Part shown: one piece after another, positions 16,587-24,848 of the stretch
How positions within the stretch are numbered: the stretch's first letter is position 1
Layout of the letters: every line of letters starts with the position of its first letter
From: Thermodesulfobacterium commune DSM 2178
GTDB taxonomy: Bacteria; Desulfobacterota; Thermodesulfobacteria; Thermodesulfobacteriales; Thermodesulfobacteriaceae
Assembly (NCBI RefSeq): GCF_000734015.1
Contig: NZ_CP008796.1
Coordinates: 420,001 to 452,000, forward strand
Reading direction: 5' to 3'
DNA: 32,000 nucleotides
The notes under the pieces: model-generated
What the model was told of the DNA's origin: nothing
Seen by the model: the letters and a program-made list of their open reading frames with translations, nothing else
The model's database searches: none
Program-made: the position numbers and the translations under genes

Positions 16587-17375
16587 TTAAAAGAATATGT
16601 ACTTAAGTTTATAAAAGAGTAGACCGAGATATTCATGAAATGCCAGATTGGTCAGGTTAAGATAAAGGTCGTTTGGGAAAAAGGTAGTAACAGAGAGTTC
16701 GGGCTTACAAAGTTTATGGTTATAGTTTGTAGGATAAGGAATAGGAAATAATCCTTCTTTTTTAAAAAGTAGCATAGTTCTTGGAAGGTGATAGGCAGAA
16801 GTTAACAAAAGAAACTTCTCTTCTGGAGAATGGAGTAAATTTTTAATAGCTTTCACGCTGGTTTCTGTATCTAAAGGGATATCCACAGCCTCTACCTGAT
16901 AACCTAATTTGTTAGCAAATTCTTTGAGATAAGAAGCTCCCTTAGAGTCAGGGGTTTCGTATGACCCTCCAACAATTATAACTTTTTTTTCAGGATAAAG
17001 TTTTTTTAACTCTAAAGCTTTAAAAAATCTAACTAAAGTCTCTTTACTAAACCTTTCTTCTAAAGAAAGGTCTTTTTGACCGTAAATCCTTCCTGTTAAA
17101 ACTATTATCTTCTCAGCCTTTGTTATTTCTTGTTGAGAAGGTACAGGATAGTTTTTTTCTAACTGTTTTAAAAGAAAGTAAGGTAAAAATGGAGTAGTTG
17201 AAAGATAGTATAAGGCAACTGCTACAAAAAGAAAAAATCTTCTTCTTCCTCTCCTTTTACCAAGAATAACATATATACTTACAGTTAATAAGAACAAAAA
17301 AATTAAACTTGAGGGACGAAAGAAAAATACACAAAATTTTTTAAATAAAAAAAATAGCTCTGAAATGGATGGCAT
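16587..17375 (-). CDS. DUF218 (YdcF/ElyC-like) membrane-anchored protein
   Basis: Two N-terminal TM segments followed by a DUF218-like core (IIVLTG..., VIIVGGS, DTETSVKA, LLLTSAYHLPR). Confidence 0.7.
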   Translation of the reverse strand: MPSISELFFLFKKFCVFFFRPSSLIFLFLLTVSIYVILGKRRGRRRFFLFVAVALYYLSTTPFLPYFLLKQLEKNYPVPSQQEITKAEKIIVLTGRIYGQKDLSLEERFSKETLVRFFKALELKKLYPEKKVIIVGGSYETPDSKGASYLKEFANKLGYQVEAVDIPLDTETSVKAIKNLLHSPEEKFLLLTSAYHLPRTMLLFKKEGLFPIPYPTNYNHKLCKPELSVTTFFPNDLYLNLTNLAFHEYLGLLFYKLKYIFF

Positions 17376-17475
17376 AAATTATGTAAACCTAAGTTAACTT
17401 TTAAAAGTTTAGATAAAGTTATCAGATTCCATAAAAAATTCAAGTCTTAATTTTATTTTTTAGAAATAAGATTTG

Positions 17476-18360
17476 TTAAAGTGTGAAGTTTTTTAACATA
17501 GGTAATTCATATATTGGTTCTGGATTGGGTTTAGCAAACAAAAATCCCTGCATAAGATAGATACCTAAATTATATAAGCTTTTTGCTTCTTCTAAGGTTT
17601 CAACACCTTCAGCAAGCACTAAGATGTTATGAGCTGTGGCTACCTCAACCAAGGCCTTAAAGAGGTCTCTTTTGATAGGGTTTAGATGTATTTCCCTGAT
17701 TAGTTCTCGACTTATTTTTATGTAATTTGGATACAGATTAATAAGAGCATCAAGCGAGCTATAACCTGTGCCTACATCGTCAAGGGCTACTTGAAATCCA
17801 TTTTTTCGGTAGTAATCAAGTATGTTTCTTAGGTGAGAAAGGTCTGTTATTTTCTCAGTTTCAACTACCTCAAAAACAAGGTTATCTGGAATCCACTCGA
17901 GTTGATAGGCCCATTTGATGGTGCTTTGCAAGCAAAATTGAGGGTCATAGATGACTGTAGGAAGAAAGTTTATAAAAACTTTATAGTTTTTAAGACCTTT
18001 TACAGCTGCTAATTTGATGGCTGTTTCTCTACAACTTCTATCAAGGTAAAAAAGAGTATCTGTAACCCGAGCAGCTTCAAAGAGATATCCTGGGCTTAAA
18101 ATCTCACCGTTTCCCTTAACCCCCCTTGTTAGACATTCAAACCCATAAATCTTTCGGTTTTTAAGGTCAACGATAGGTTGAAAGTAAATCGTTAAGCGAT
18201 TGTTCTTCAATATTTCAAAATATACCTGATGTTCTAACAAAGAGAGAAAATAGGAGATAGGTCTGAGGGTTTTCAGTATAGCTATAACGTTAGTCTCATC
18301 AGAAGAATAACATAATCTTATTTCTTTTTTCTCATTTTCTGAAAGGTTTAGAGACTTCAA
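17476..18360 (-). CDS. Stand-alone EAL-domain c-di-GMP phosphodiesterase
   Basis: YFQPIVDL, ECLTR (the EAL motif as ECL), NFLP, EVVETE, ALDDVGTGYSSL, IKISR, AEGVET, QGFLFAKP. All the catalytic positions I know are present. The only start in the ORF is a TTG with no SD, so the 5' end is uncertain. Confidence 0.85.
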   Translation of the reverse strand: MKSLNLSENEKKEIRLCYSSDETNVIAILKTLRPISYFLSLLEHQVYFEILKNNRLTIYFQPIVDLKNRKIYGFECLTRGVKGNGEILSPGYLFEAARVTDTLFYLDRSCRETAIKLAAVKGLKNYKVFINFLPTVIYDPQFCLQSTIKWAYQLEWIPDNLVFEVVETEKITDLSHLRNILDYYRKNGFQVALDDVGTGYSSLDALINLYPNYIKISRELIREIHLNPIKRDLFKALVEVATAHNILVLAEGVETLEEAKSLYNLGIYLMQGFLFAKPNPEPIYELPMLKNFTL

Positions 18361-18588
18361 AGACTGTATAAATTCGGCAAGATTTTGGTTTGACTGACAC
18401 CTAAGGTATTAAATCTCTGAAAATACCTATTCTTGAGGTTAATGCTAAATTACACATTCTATCTATCTTTTAGAGGAGCCCTTTTTTATTCTTTAATTTA
18501 TGCTTGAAGTATATTTTAATATAAGGTGTATAAACATATGATGCCCCTGCAGAACAAGAGGCTTTATTTTTAAATGCTCCTTTGACAA

Positions 18589-18661
18589 GGGGGACTTGGA
18601 GTTGTACCAACCCCCACCAGGAGTAAAGAAGATTGGGTCAGGTGGGGGGATCCAATTCTTC
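18589..18661. ncRNA. Candidate structured RNA element (strand undetermined); could instead be part of the adh terminator region
   Basis: Three G/C-rich helices with shared or interleaved arms. Helix C is 18589-18599 with 18607-18615. Helix B is CCCCCACC 18611-18618 with GGTGGGGG 18641-18648. Helix A is GAAGATTGG 18628-18636 with CCAATTCTTC 18652-18661. They sit in an otherwise AT-rich spacer. Confidence 0.3.
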
Positions 18662-18682
18662 AAGGCTTTTTAATTTCTCTCC

Positions 18683-19882
18683 TTAGAGCGAGTTAAGATA
18701 GATATTTCTTATAAGGTCCTCATTAACCTTTACGGGAGCGTTTAACAAGCCCTGATTCAAAAGTGGAGTAGACATGGCAAGTTCAGTCAGCTTCTCTACA
18801 TCCTCCTCATAAAAACCAACTTCTGAAAGCCTTTCCCTGAGACCGAGGTTTCTTAACCATCCTTCAACGGCAAAGGCCACTTCTTCATTCTCTCCAGGGA
18901 TGCCAAGAAGGTCAGGGACGATGGGACTTAAGACTTCCGCAAGGATCTCAGGCATAGCAGGATAGATTTCCAACAGCACTGAAGGAAGGAGAATTCCAAG
19001 TCCGTGGCCATGAGCAAGTTCTGGTTTCAGCGCGCTTAGAGGGTGTTCAAGCACGTGAGTGAGATGCGTCATGCTTGTGTCAATAGCTATCCCAGCAAGC
19101 ATTGACGCATAGAGCAACCAGTAACGGGCGTTTAGGTCATCAGGCTTGATTAAGGCTTGAGGTAGATAGTGAGCGATGATCCTCACAGTCTCCTTGGCAA
19201 GAAGAACGGTGTATGGGTTGCGAAGCTGTGAAGTGGAAGCCTCAATTACGTGATTGAGAGCATCAACGGTGGTGTAGAGGGTCTGCTCGTAAGATAGAGA
19301 GGTTGTGAGCGTTGGGTCATCAATGGAGTAAAGGGGATAAGTGAAATTAAACCCTATACCAGGCTTGTAGCCTTTTTCAACTATTGAGGCCACTGCATAA
19401 CGGTCGACTTCTGTGCCTGTTCCGTGCGTGGTGTTGATGGCAAGGATGGGCTTTGCCCGCTCCGGCATGAATTCACCGGTGAAAAGTTTCTCCGCTGACA
19501 CTCCAGGATGCTCAAGGAGTACCGCTACCGCCTTGGCGGAATCAATTGGACTACCTCCGCCGATCCCGAGAACAGCTTGAGCCCCAAACTCAAGCCCAAG
19601 CTTCACTGCCTGGTCTATCTCTTGCACTGTGGGATTGGGAGTAATTCCGTCGTAATGGATATATTCTATTCCTGTCTCGTTAAAGCACTTCACCACCACG
19701 TCCCAGGCCCCGCAAGTTCTATAGGCGCTTTTACCCGTGACTACAAGCACTCGCTTAATGTCTTGGCTTGCAAGTTCCTTTGCGATGTCTTTCATCTTCT
19801 TTAGAGCACCTACCCCAAAATAACAGATTCCTCTACCCTTAACCTCAAACACCTCATAGATGTTTATTTTCCTTTCAAACAT
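18683..19882 (-). CDS. Iron-containing (group III) alcohol dehydrogenase
   Basis: GIGGGSPIDSAKAVA dinucleotide/iron-ADH motif and a His cluster (THLTHVLEHPLS...AHGHG). 399 aa, SD AGGAGG. Confidence 0.85.
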   Translation of the reverse strand: MFERKINIYEVFEVKGRGICYFGVGALKKMKDIAKELASQDIKRVLVVTGKSAYRTCGAWDVVVKCFNETGIEYIHYDGITPNPTVQEIDQAVKLGLEFGAQAVLGIGGGSPIDSAKAVAVLLEHPGVSAEKLFTGEFMPERAKPILAINTTHGTGTEVDRYAVASIVEKGYKPGIGFNFTYPLYSIDDPTLTTSLSYEQTLYTTVDALNHVIEASTSQLRNPYTVLLAKETVRIIAHYLPQALIKPDDLNARYWLLYASMLAGIAIDTSMTHLTHVLEHPLSALKPELAHGHGLGILLPSVLLEIYPAMPEILAEVLSPIVPDLLGIPGENEEVAFAVEGWLRNLGLRERLSEVGFYEEDVEKLTELAMSTPLLNQGLLNAPVKVNEDLIRNIYLNSL

Positions 19883-19960
19883 GGTTTTCCTCCTGTGAAG
19901 GAATTTTAGGATTAGAATATAATTTTAATTATAACGATAACATCAAACTTAAAAAAGTCA

Positions 19961-20895
19961 ACTAACTACGAGGTCTGTAAATTTGCTGATAGAGAATAAA
20001 ATCAAAAATTTTCCTGTAATTTGCAGACTTTAAAAATCATATTCCTTAGTTACTTTTGGGAGTAGAATATAAATTGTGTGGCTTAATAAAATATTTTAGA
20101 GGCATAATAAAAATTTTTAATATTTTTTAAATTAATGATAACATAAAACCTAAAAGACTAAACTAACCAGGAGGTCTGTAAAATGGAAAACTTAGACTTA
20201 GATTTAGAAAAAGTTTTAAGTGAAATCTCAAAAATTGAATCAAAAGAGGGTATCAAAATGGCTGCTGCACTCCTCTTAAACGCTCTCATGAAAAAAGAAA
20301 GAGAAATATTCCTTAGAGATAGTATTGATAATAAAGCTAATGGTTACTATGAAAGACAACTTGCCTGTTTCTTAGGTAACCTTGGTATCTCTGTCCCAAG
20401 AGATAGAAGATCTGAATTCAGACCTGCTATTCTTCCTCCTGAATGGCAAAAAGCTGATGAATCCTTCTAGGACTTTATCCTTAACCTCGTTCTCCAAAGC
20501 TACTCCCCCAATAAAATCAAAGCCCTCTTGCAATCTATGAAACTCCCCTACTCTCCAGAACAAATAGAAGAAATTAAAGAAGAATTGTATAACCAAGCCA
20601 AAGAATTAAAAACCAAAGAATTGCCAGAAAATTTGTTTGCTATGTTTATAGACGCTTATCATACTCAGATAAAAGATACCGAAGCCAACAGAATCAGAAA
20701 AGCAGTTATTTATAATATCTACATTTATTTTGGTTCAGAGACGAAGGAGGACTGGCTTCAGATACTTAATGATTTGATAAAGAGGGGAGTTAAAAGAGGG
20801 TTATGGTAATGGTGAGTGATGATTTCCCTGGCCTTACTCAAGCCATAAAAGCCCTTTTTTTCCTGAGACAGATGAGACACTTTGGTTTTAACGAA
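19961..20895 (+). mobile_element. Decayed, 3'-truncated IS256-family insertion sequence remnant
   Basis: Contains the transposase pseudogene. Upstream lie two direct copies of ACTAAC..GAGGTCTGTAAA (19961-19981 and 20162-20182, 19/21 identical) and an inverted partial copy (about 20018-20030). No right end was identifiable, and the right boundary is approximate. Confidence 0.55.
20183..20895 (+). pseudogene. IS256-family (Mutator-type) transposase pseudogene
   Basis: Motifs NGYYER, VPRDRRSEF, FIDAYH (first D), SETKEDW...RGV, VSDDFPGL (second D), and possibly RHFGFN (compare VHFLRN). There is an in-frame TAG at 20468-20470 and a frameshift near 20795-20803. Short internal deletions are present, and the whole C-terminal third, including the catalytic E region, is lost. 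Confidence 0.8.
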
Positions 20896-21660
20896 GAACA
20901 TCCAAAAGAGGTCGAAGAACTAATCAAGAGATTAAATATAGATAAAAGCGTAGAAGAAGTAAGCAAACATTTTCGTGGGGGAGAGGAGGAAGCTTTTAAT
21001 AGATTAGAAACTTTTATAAGAGAAAGGCTTCACAGGTATAAGGCCCTTCGATCAAACCCTGGTTATAACTATCAATCAGACTTAAGCCCATACTTGCATT
21101 TTGGACAAATATCTCCAGTTAGGGTTGTTTTAGAAGTTCTTAAGTTTTATGACAAAAGGGATGAAAATGTAGAGGCTTTTTTTTAACGAACTGATAGTGT
21201 GGAGAGAACTTGCACGCAACTTTTGCTATTACAACCCCTTGTACAACGAGTTTGAAGGAATCCCCAATTGGGCCAGACAGACTTTAGAAGAACACTTAAA
21301 CGACAGGCGAGAATATTTATATAGCCTAAAGGATTTAGAAGAAGCCAACACCCATGATAGTTATTGGAGTGCTGCACAAAAGGAACTTCTGAAGACTGGG
21401 AAAATGCATAACTACATGAGAATGTATTGGTGTAAAAAGTTGATCGAGTGGGCAGCTCACCCTAAAGAAGCCTTTAACATAGCCTGTTATTTAAGTACTC
21501 CTTAGATGGAAAGGACCCAAATGGATATTTGGGAATATCTTGGTGTTTTGGAACTTGCGACCATCCTTGGCCAGAAAGAAAAATTTTTGGAAAAATCAGA
21601 TACAGACTTAGGAGAAAGTTTGATATGGACAAGTATTTACAAAGAATAAGCCAACTTTAG
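20896..21660 (+). pseudogene. phr: Class II CPD photolyase pseudogene (N-terminal roughly 200 codons missing, two frameshifts)
   Basis: Homology blocks sit in three frames. Block 1 has LNIDKSV..GGEEEA..LSPYLHFGQIS. Block 2 has NELIVWRELARNFCYYNP..THD..GKMHNYMRMYW. Block 3 has KYSLDGKDPNGYLGISWC..ERKIFGKIRY..RKFD. The frame changes inside a T8 run (21177-21184) and near 21490. Stop at 21658-21660. The left boundary is approximate. Confidence 0.8.
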
Positions 21661-21677
21661 ATAAAGTTAGATAAAGT
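21658..21677 (+). repeat. Tandem duplication TAGATAAAGT x2
   Basis: Read directly. The first copy contains the photolyase-relic stop codon. Confidence 0.6.
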
Positions 21678-21779
21678 CAACTCAAGGAACTAAACAATTG
21701 TCAAGCCTTTAAAGGTTTTAATTAGTATCTTAAGTATATGAACTAAAAAAGGACCAACAGTTAAGGTGTGTAGAAAAAA

Positions 21780-21857
21780 TGGCGGGGCTGACGGGACTTG
21801 AACCCGCGGCCTCCTGCGTGACAGGCAGGCGCTCTAACCGTGCTGAGCTACAGCCCC
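21780..21857 (-). tRNA. tRNA-Asp (anticodon GUC), 78 nt including encoded CCA
   Basis: Reverse complement is GGGGCTG-TA-GCTC..GAGC-G-CCTGC-CTGTCAC-GCAGG-AGGCC-GCGGG-TTCAAGT-CCCGT-CAGCCCC-G-CCA. Confidence 0.9.
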
Positions 21858-22080
21858 ACGTTATAAACATAAAGATAACATATATTTCTAAAAATGCAAC
21901 CCTCAACGTGTAGAGGTCTAAAAAATTTTATTCTCTTTTTTGATTTTCTGACATAAAAAATTTTGTATATAGCAGAAGTTACCATAGATCAAAGAGCTGT
22001 AAGGTAAAACTAAGGGCTAAGAAATAGTCAGTCCTTTTGTATTAGAACGATAAAGTATTTTTGGATGCCCTCTGATTGGC

Positions 22081-22108
22081 TTGACAAATCGTTCTTTTTT
22101 CTTAAAAT
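22081..22108 (+). promoter_or_regulatory. Candidate sigma-70 promoter of pgi
   Basis: TTGACA (22081-22086), a 16-nt spacer, TAAAAT (22103-22108). SD AAAGGAG at 22128-22134 and ATG at 22141. Confidence 0.45.
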
Positions 22109-22140
22109 ACTTGGATAAATCAACCCAAAAGGAGTTTTAA

Positions 22141-23859
22141 ATGTCTCAACCTCCCAAGATTGTTAAAACTTATCGAGATTTTGGACACATCAAACGTCCG
22201 AGAACCCTGTCTAACGAACAAAAGCAAGAACTTTTACAAAGGTTGTTTCAAAAAGATGCCTCTCTTTTTAGCTCTGACCCAGCAATTCAAGAAAAGATAA
22301 AAAAACGTTTAGATTGGATAGACGGAGTTACTCCTATTCTACCCAAAATAAAAAATTATCAGGCTTTTGCAGAAGAGGTAAAAAGTGAGTTTTCTCACAT
22401 AGTTTGGTGTGGGATGGGTGGTTCTGCTCTTTTTCCGTTGGTGTTAGGTCAGATGTTTGGTCCTCAGCCAGGCTATCCTCAATTTTTGGTGGTTGATACC
22501 AACGACCCAGAGATTATTAAGCAAGTAGAAAACTTACCGTTAGAAAGAACCTTATTTTTTATCGTTTCTAAATCGGGGACTACGTTAGAGACCCTTTCTC
22601 ATTTAAAGTATTTTTGGCAGAAATTAGAAGAAAAGGGCTTAAACCCTGGTAATCATTTTGTAGCTCTAACCGATCAGGGATCTCCTCTTGAAGAACTGGC
22701 TAAAGAGCTTGGTTTTAGAAAGGTTTTCCCCCATCCTCTTTGTATAGGTGGAAGATATGCCGCCCTTTCTGAAATTGGTTTTTTACCTGCTGCTTTGATG
22801 GGTCTTGATCTGAATAAAGCCTTAAGCTATGCCCAAAAGATGTATGAGGCTTGTCATGCAGACATTCCTTGGGGATATAACTTAGCTGCTTCTTTGGCTG
22901 AGTTTTTGGTAGAGGCTTATGTGCAGGGGCAGGATAAAATTTCTTTTATTACAGATCCATTGCTTAAGCCCTTTGCTTTATGGTTAGAGCAACTCTTAGC
23001 TGAAAGTTTAGGGAAGAACTTAACAGGATTAGTTCCCATAGTAGGAGAATCTCCAGGGTCTCCTACTGTTTATGGAAATGATAGAACTTTTATCTATCTT
23101 ACCCTTAAAGGAAGAGAAAAAATTTATCAAAGGTTGATCTCAGACCTCACAGAAGAAGGTTTTAGGGTAAAAACTTATGTTTTGGATGAAAGATATGAAA
23201 TTTTTGCCGAAGCTTTTCGCTGGATGTTAGCCATAGCCCTTTGTGGTTATTTTCTTACTTTAAATCCTTTTGATGAGCCGGATGTGGTGCTTACCAAGGA
23301 AAAAACTAGAAATTTTTTAGAAAAATTTAAACAAGATAAAGATTTTGGTATAGAACTTTATTTAGACGAATCTACAGGTATTAGTTTTTATTATGAAGAT
23401 ACTATATCTATTGAGTTTCCTAGGTTTTCAGCTTTGCTTAAAAAGTTTTTTAAGGATTTTTCTCCTTGGAGTTACGTGGGATTTTTGGCTTATCTTCCGC
23501 CTACTTCTGAGATCGAAGACATTTTTAGGGATTTTAGGACCCTTGTTCGCGAAAGAAGAAATTGTAGCACCGTTTTTGGTTTTGGACCAAGGTATTTGCA
23601 TTCTACAGGACAGATGCATAAAGGTGGGCCTATTCTTTCAAGGTTTATGATTTTTACCAGAAAAGGTAGAAACCCTGAGCAGATAATCCCAGGAGAAGGG
23701 TATACCTTTTGGGATCAACAGTTCGCTCAAGCTTGTGGAGATTTTAAGTCTCTGGTAGAAAAGAAAAAACCAGTTATCCTTATACATCTTACAGAAAACT
23801 ATAAGGAAGATTTGAAAATTTTTTATCATCTGTTAGAAAAAGCCTTGAGTTTTGAATAG
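22141..23859 (+). CDS. pgi: Glucose-6-phosphate isomerase family protein
   Basis: PGI motifs [24 protein letters not shown]. 572 aa. Confidence 0.75.
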   Translation: MSQPPKIVKTYRDFGHIKRPRTLSNEQKQELLQRLFQKDASLFSSDPAIQEKIKKRLDWIDGVTPILPKIKNYQAFAEEVKSEFSHIVWCGMGGSALFPLVLGQMFGPQPGYPQFLVVDTNDPEIIKQVENLPLERTLFFIVSKSGTTLETLSHLKYFWQKLEEKGLNPGNHFVALTDQGSPLEELAKELGFRKVFPHPLCIGGRYAALSEIGFLPAALMGLDLNKALSYAQKMYEACHADIPWGYNLAASLAEFLVEAYVQGQDKISFITDPLLKPFALWLEQLLAESLGKNLTGLVPIVGESPGSPTVYGNDRTFIYLTLKGREKIYQRLISDLTEEGFRVKTYVLDERYEIFAEAFRWMLAIALCGYFLTLNPFDEPDVVLTKEKTRNFLEKFKQDKDFGIELYLDESTGISFYYEDTISIEFPRFSALLKKFFKDFSPWSYVGFLAYLPPTSEIEDIFRDFRTLVRERRNCSTVFGFGPRYLHSTGQMHKGGPILSRFMIFTRKGRNPEQIIPGEGYTFWDQQFAQACGDFKSLVEKKKPVILIHLTENYKEDLKIFYHLLEKALSFE

Positions 23860-23867
23860 GAGGAAAA

Positions 23868-24845
23868 ATGTTTTTCCCTGAGTATAGACCAAGAAGACTA
23901 AGAAAGAACGAAAACATCCGTTCTTTGGTCAGAGAAACCATCATTACGGTGGATGATTTGATTTATCCTCTTTTTGTGTGCGAGGGTAAAGGGGTAAAAC
24001 AAGAAATAAGATCTATGCCAGAGGTTTACCGGTTTTCTTTGGATCAACTTATAGAGGAAGTAAAACAGGTGGTAGAGTTAGGGATTAAAGCAGTTCTTCT
24101 TTTTGGCATACCTGATAAAAAAGATGAAGTAGGTAGTTCAGCCTATGCTAAAGATGGCATTGTTCAAAAAGCTGTTAGGACTTTAAAAGAAAAGTTTCCT
24201 GACCTTGTAGTTATCACAGACGTCTGTCTTTGTGAATACACTTCTCATGGACATTGTGGAATAATCAAAAATCATACGGTGGATAATGATGCCACCTTAG
24301 AGCAACTTGCTAAGATTGCTGTTTCTCATGCCAAGGCAGGTGCTGACATAGTTGCTCCTTCGGACATGATGGACGGAAGGGTAGGGCGGATTAGAGAAGC
24401 TCTTGATGAAGCAGGGTTCACTGACGTAGCTATCATGAGCTATGCAGTTAAATATTGTTCGGCTTTTTATGGGCCTTTTAGGGAGGCTGCTGAGTCAGCC
24501 CCTCAGTTTGGTGACCGAAGGTCATATCAGATGGATCCTGCCAACATAAGAGAGGCTTTAAGAGAGGCTTATTTAGACGTTCAAGAAGGTGCAGACATTT
24601 TGATGGTTAAGCCTGCTATGCCCTATTTAGATGTAATAAAAACAATAAGACAAGAAATTAATCATCCGTTGGCTGCTTATCAGGTTAGCGGAGAGTATGC
24701 CATGATAAAGGCTGCTTCTAAGTTGGGATGGCTTGATGAAGAAAAGATCATGTTTGAAAGTTTGATAGCCATTAAAAGAGCAGGAGCAGACCTTATCATC
24801 ACCTATTTTGCCAAAAAGGTTGCTCAGACCTTAGCTAAGAGATAG
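23868..24845 (+). CDS. hemB: Porphobilinogen synthase (delta-aminolevulinate dehydratase)
   Basis: RPRRLR N-terminus, zinc-site cysteines ([14 protein letters not shown]), active-site lysines ([19 protein letters not shown]). SD AGGAGG. Confidence 0.92.
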   Translation: MFFPEYRPRRLRKNENIRSLVRETIITVDDLIYPLFVCEGKGVKQEIRSMPEVYRFSLDQLIEEVKQVVELGIKAVLLFGIPDKKDEVGSSAYAKDGIVQKAVRTLKEKFPDLVVITDVCLCEYTSHGHCGIIKNHTVDNDATLEQLAKIAVSHAKAGADIVAPSDMMDGRVGRIREALDEAGFTDVAIMSYAVKYCSAFYGPFREAAESAPQFGDRRSYQMDPANIREALREAYLDVQEGADILMVKPAMPYLDVIKTIRQEINHPLAAYQVSGEYAMIKAASKLGWLDEEKIMFESLIAIKRAGADLIITYFAKKVAQTLAKR

Positions 24846-24848
24846 TTT

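Noticed and set aside
15992-16636. Longer track starts for gmhA (16636), the MoaD-like gene (31210), the FAD oxidase (10604) and slyD (6477).
   Set aside because: Each longer start overlaps the upstream gene or lacks an SD. A downstream ATG with a good SD (16573, 31147, 10616, 6489) gives family-typical N-termini.
18543-18571. A hairpin, GCCCCT-GCAGAACA-AGAGGC, followed by TTTATTTTT on the plus strand. I considered it as an intrinsic terminator of an unannotated plus-strand sRNA.
   Set aside because: On the plus strand the stem has a C-A mismatch, leaving 5 bp. No convincing promoter or gene lies upstream on that strand. It is kept only as part of the structured-spacer finding.
18585-18606. 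On the minus strand, TCCAAGTCCCCC resembles the T-arm and 3' part of tRNA-Asp (TTCAAGTCCCGT). I considered it a possible tRNA-derived att remnant marking an island boundary.
   Set aside because: Only 8 contiguous matching bases (CAAGTCCC), or about 10 of the first 11 aligned positions, are shared. The similarity collapses afterwards and no cloverleaf can be drawn.
17408-21669. An exact 14-mer, TTTAGATAAAGTTA, occurs at 17408-17421 and at 21656-21669. It brackets the EAL/adh/IS/photolyase patch next to tRNA-Asp, which looked like attL/attR of an island.
   Set aside because: A back-of-envelope estimate was made assuming roughly 65% AT and about 1e9 position pairs in 32 kb on both strands. It predicts on the order of ten exact 14-mer coincidences by chance. 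The sequence is low-complexity AT, there is no integrase, and the repeat does not include tRNA sequence.
21780-21782. Only tRNA-Asp encodes its 3' CCA. The other three tRNAs do not.
   Set aside because: Mixed CCA encoding is common in bacteria. It is not informative on its own.
9206-21930. A recurrent (T)AGAGGTCT(T)AAAAA motif appears in intergenic regions at about 9206 and 21913, and resembles the IS-associated GAGGTCTGTAAA.
   Set aside because: The same string also occurs inside coding sequence (about 11071 and about 11926 in the FAD oxidase gene). It is therefore most likely compositional or codon-driven rather than a dispersed element.
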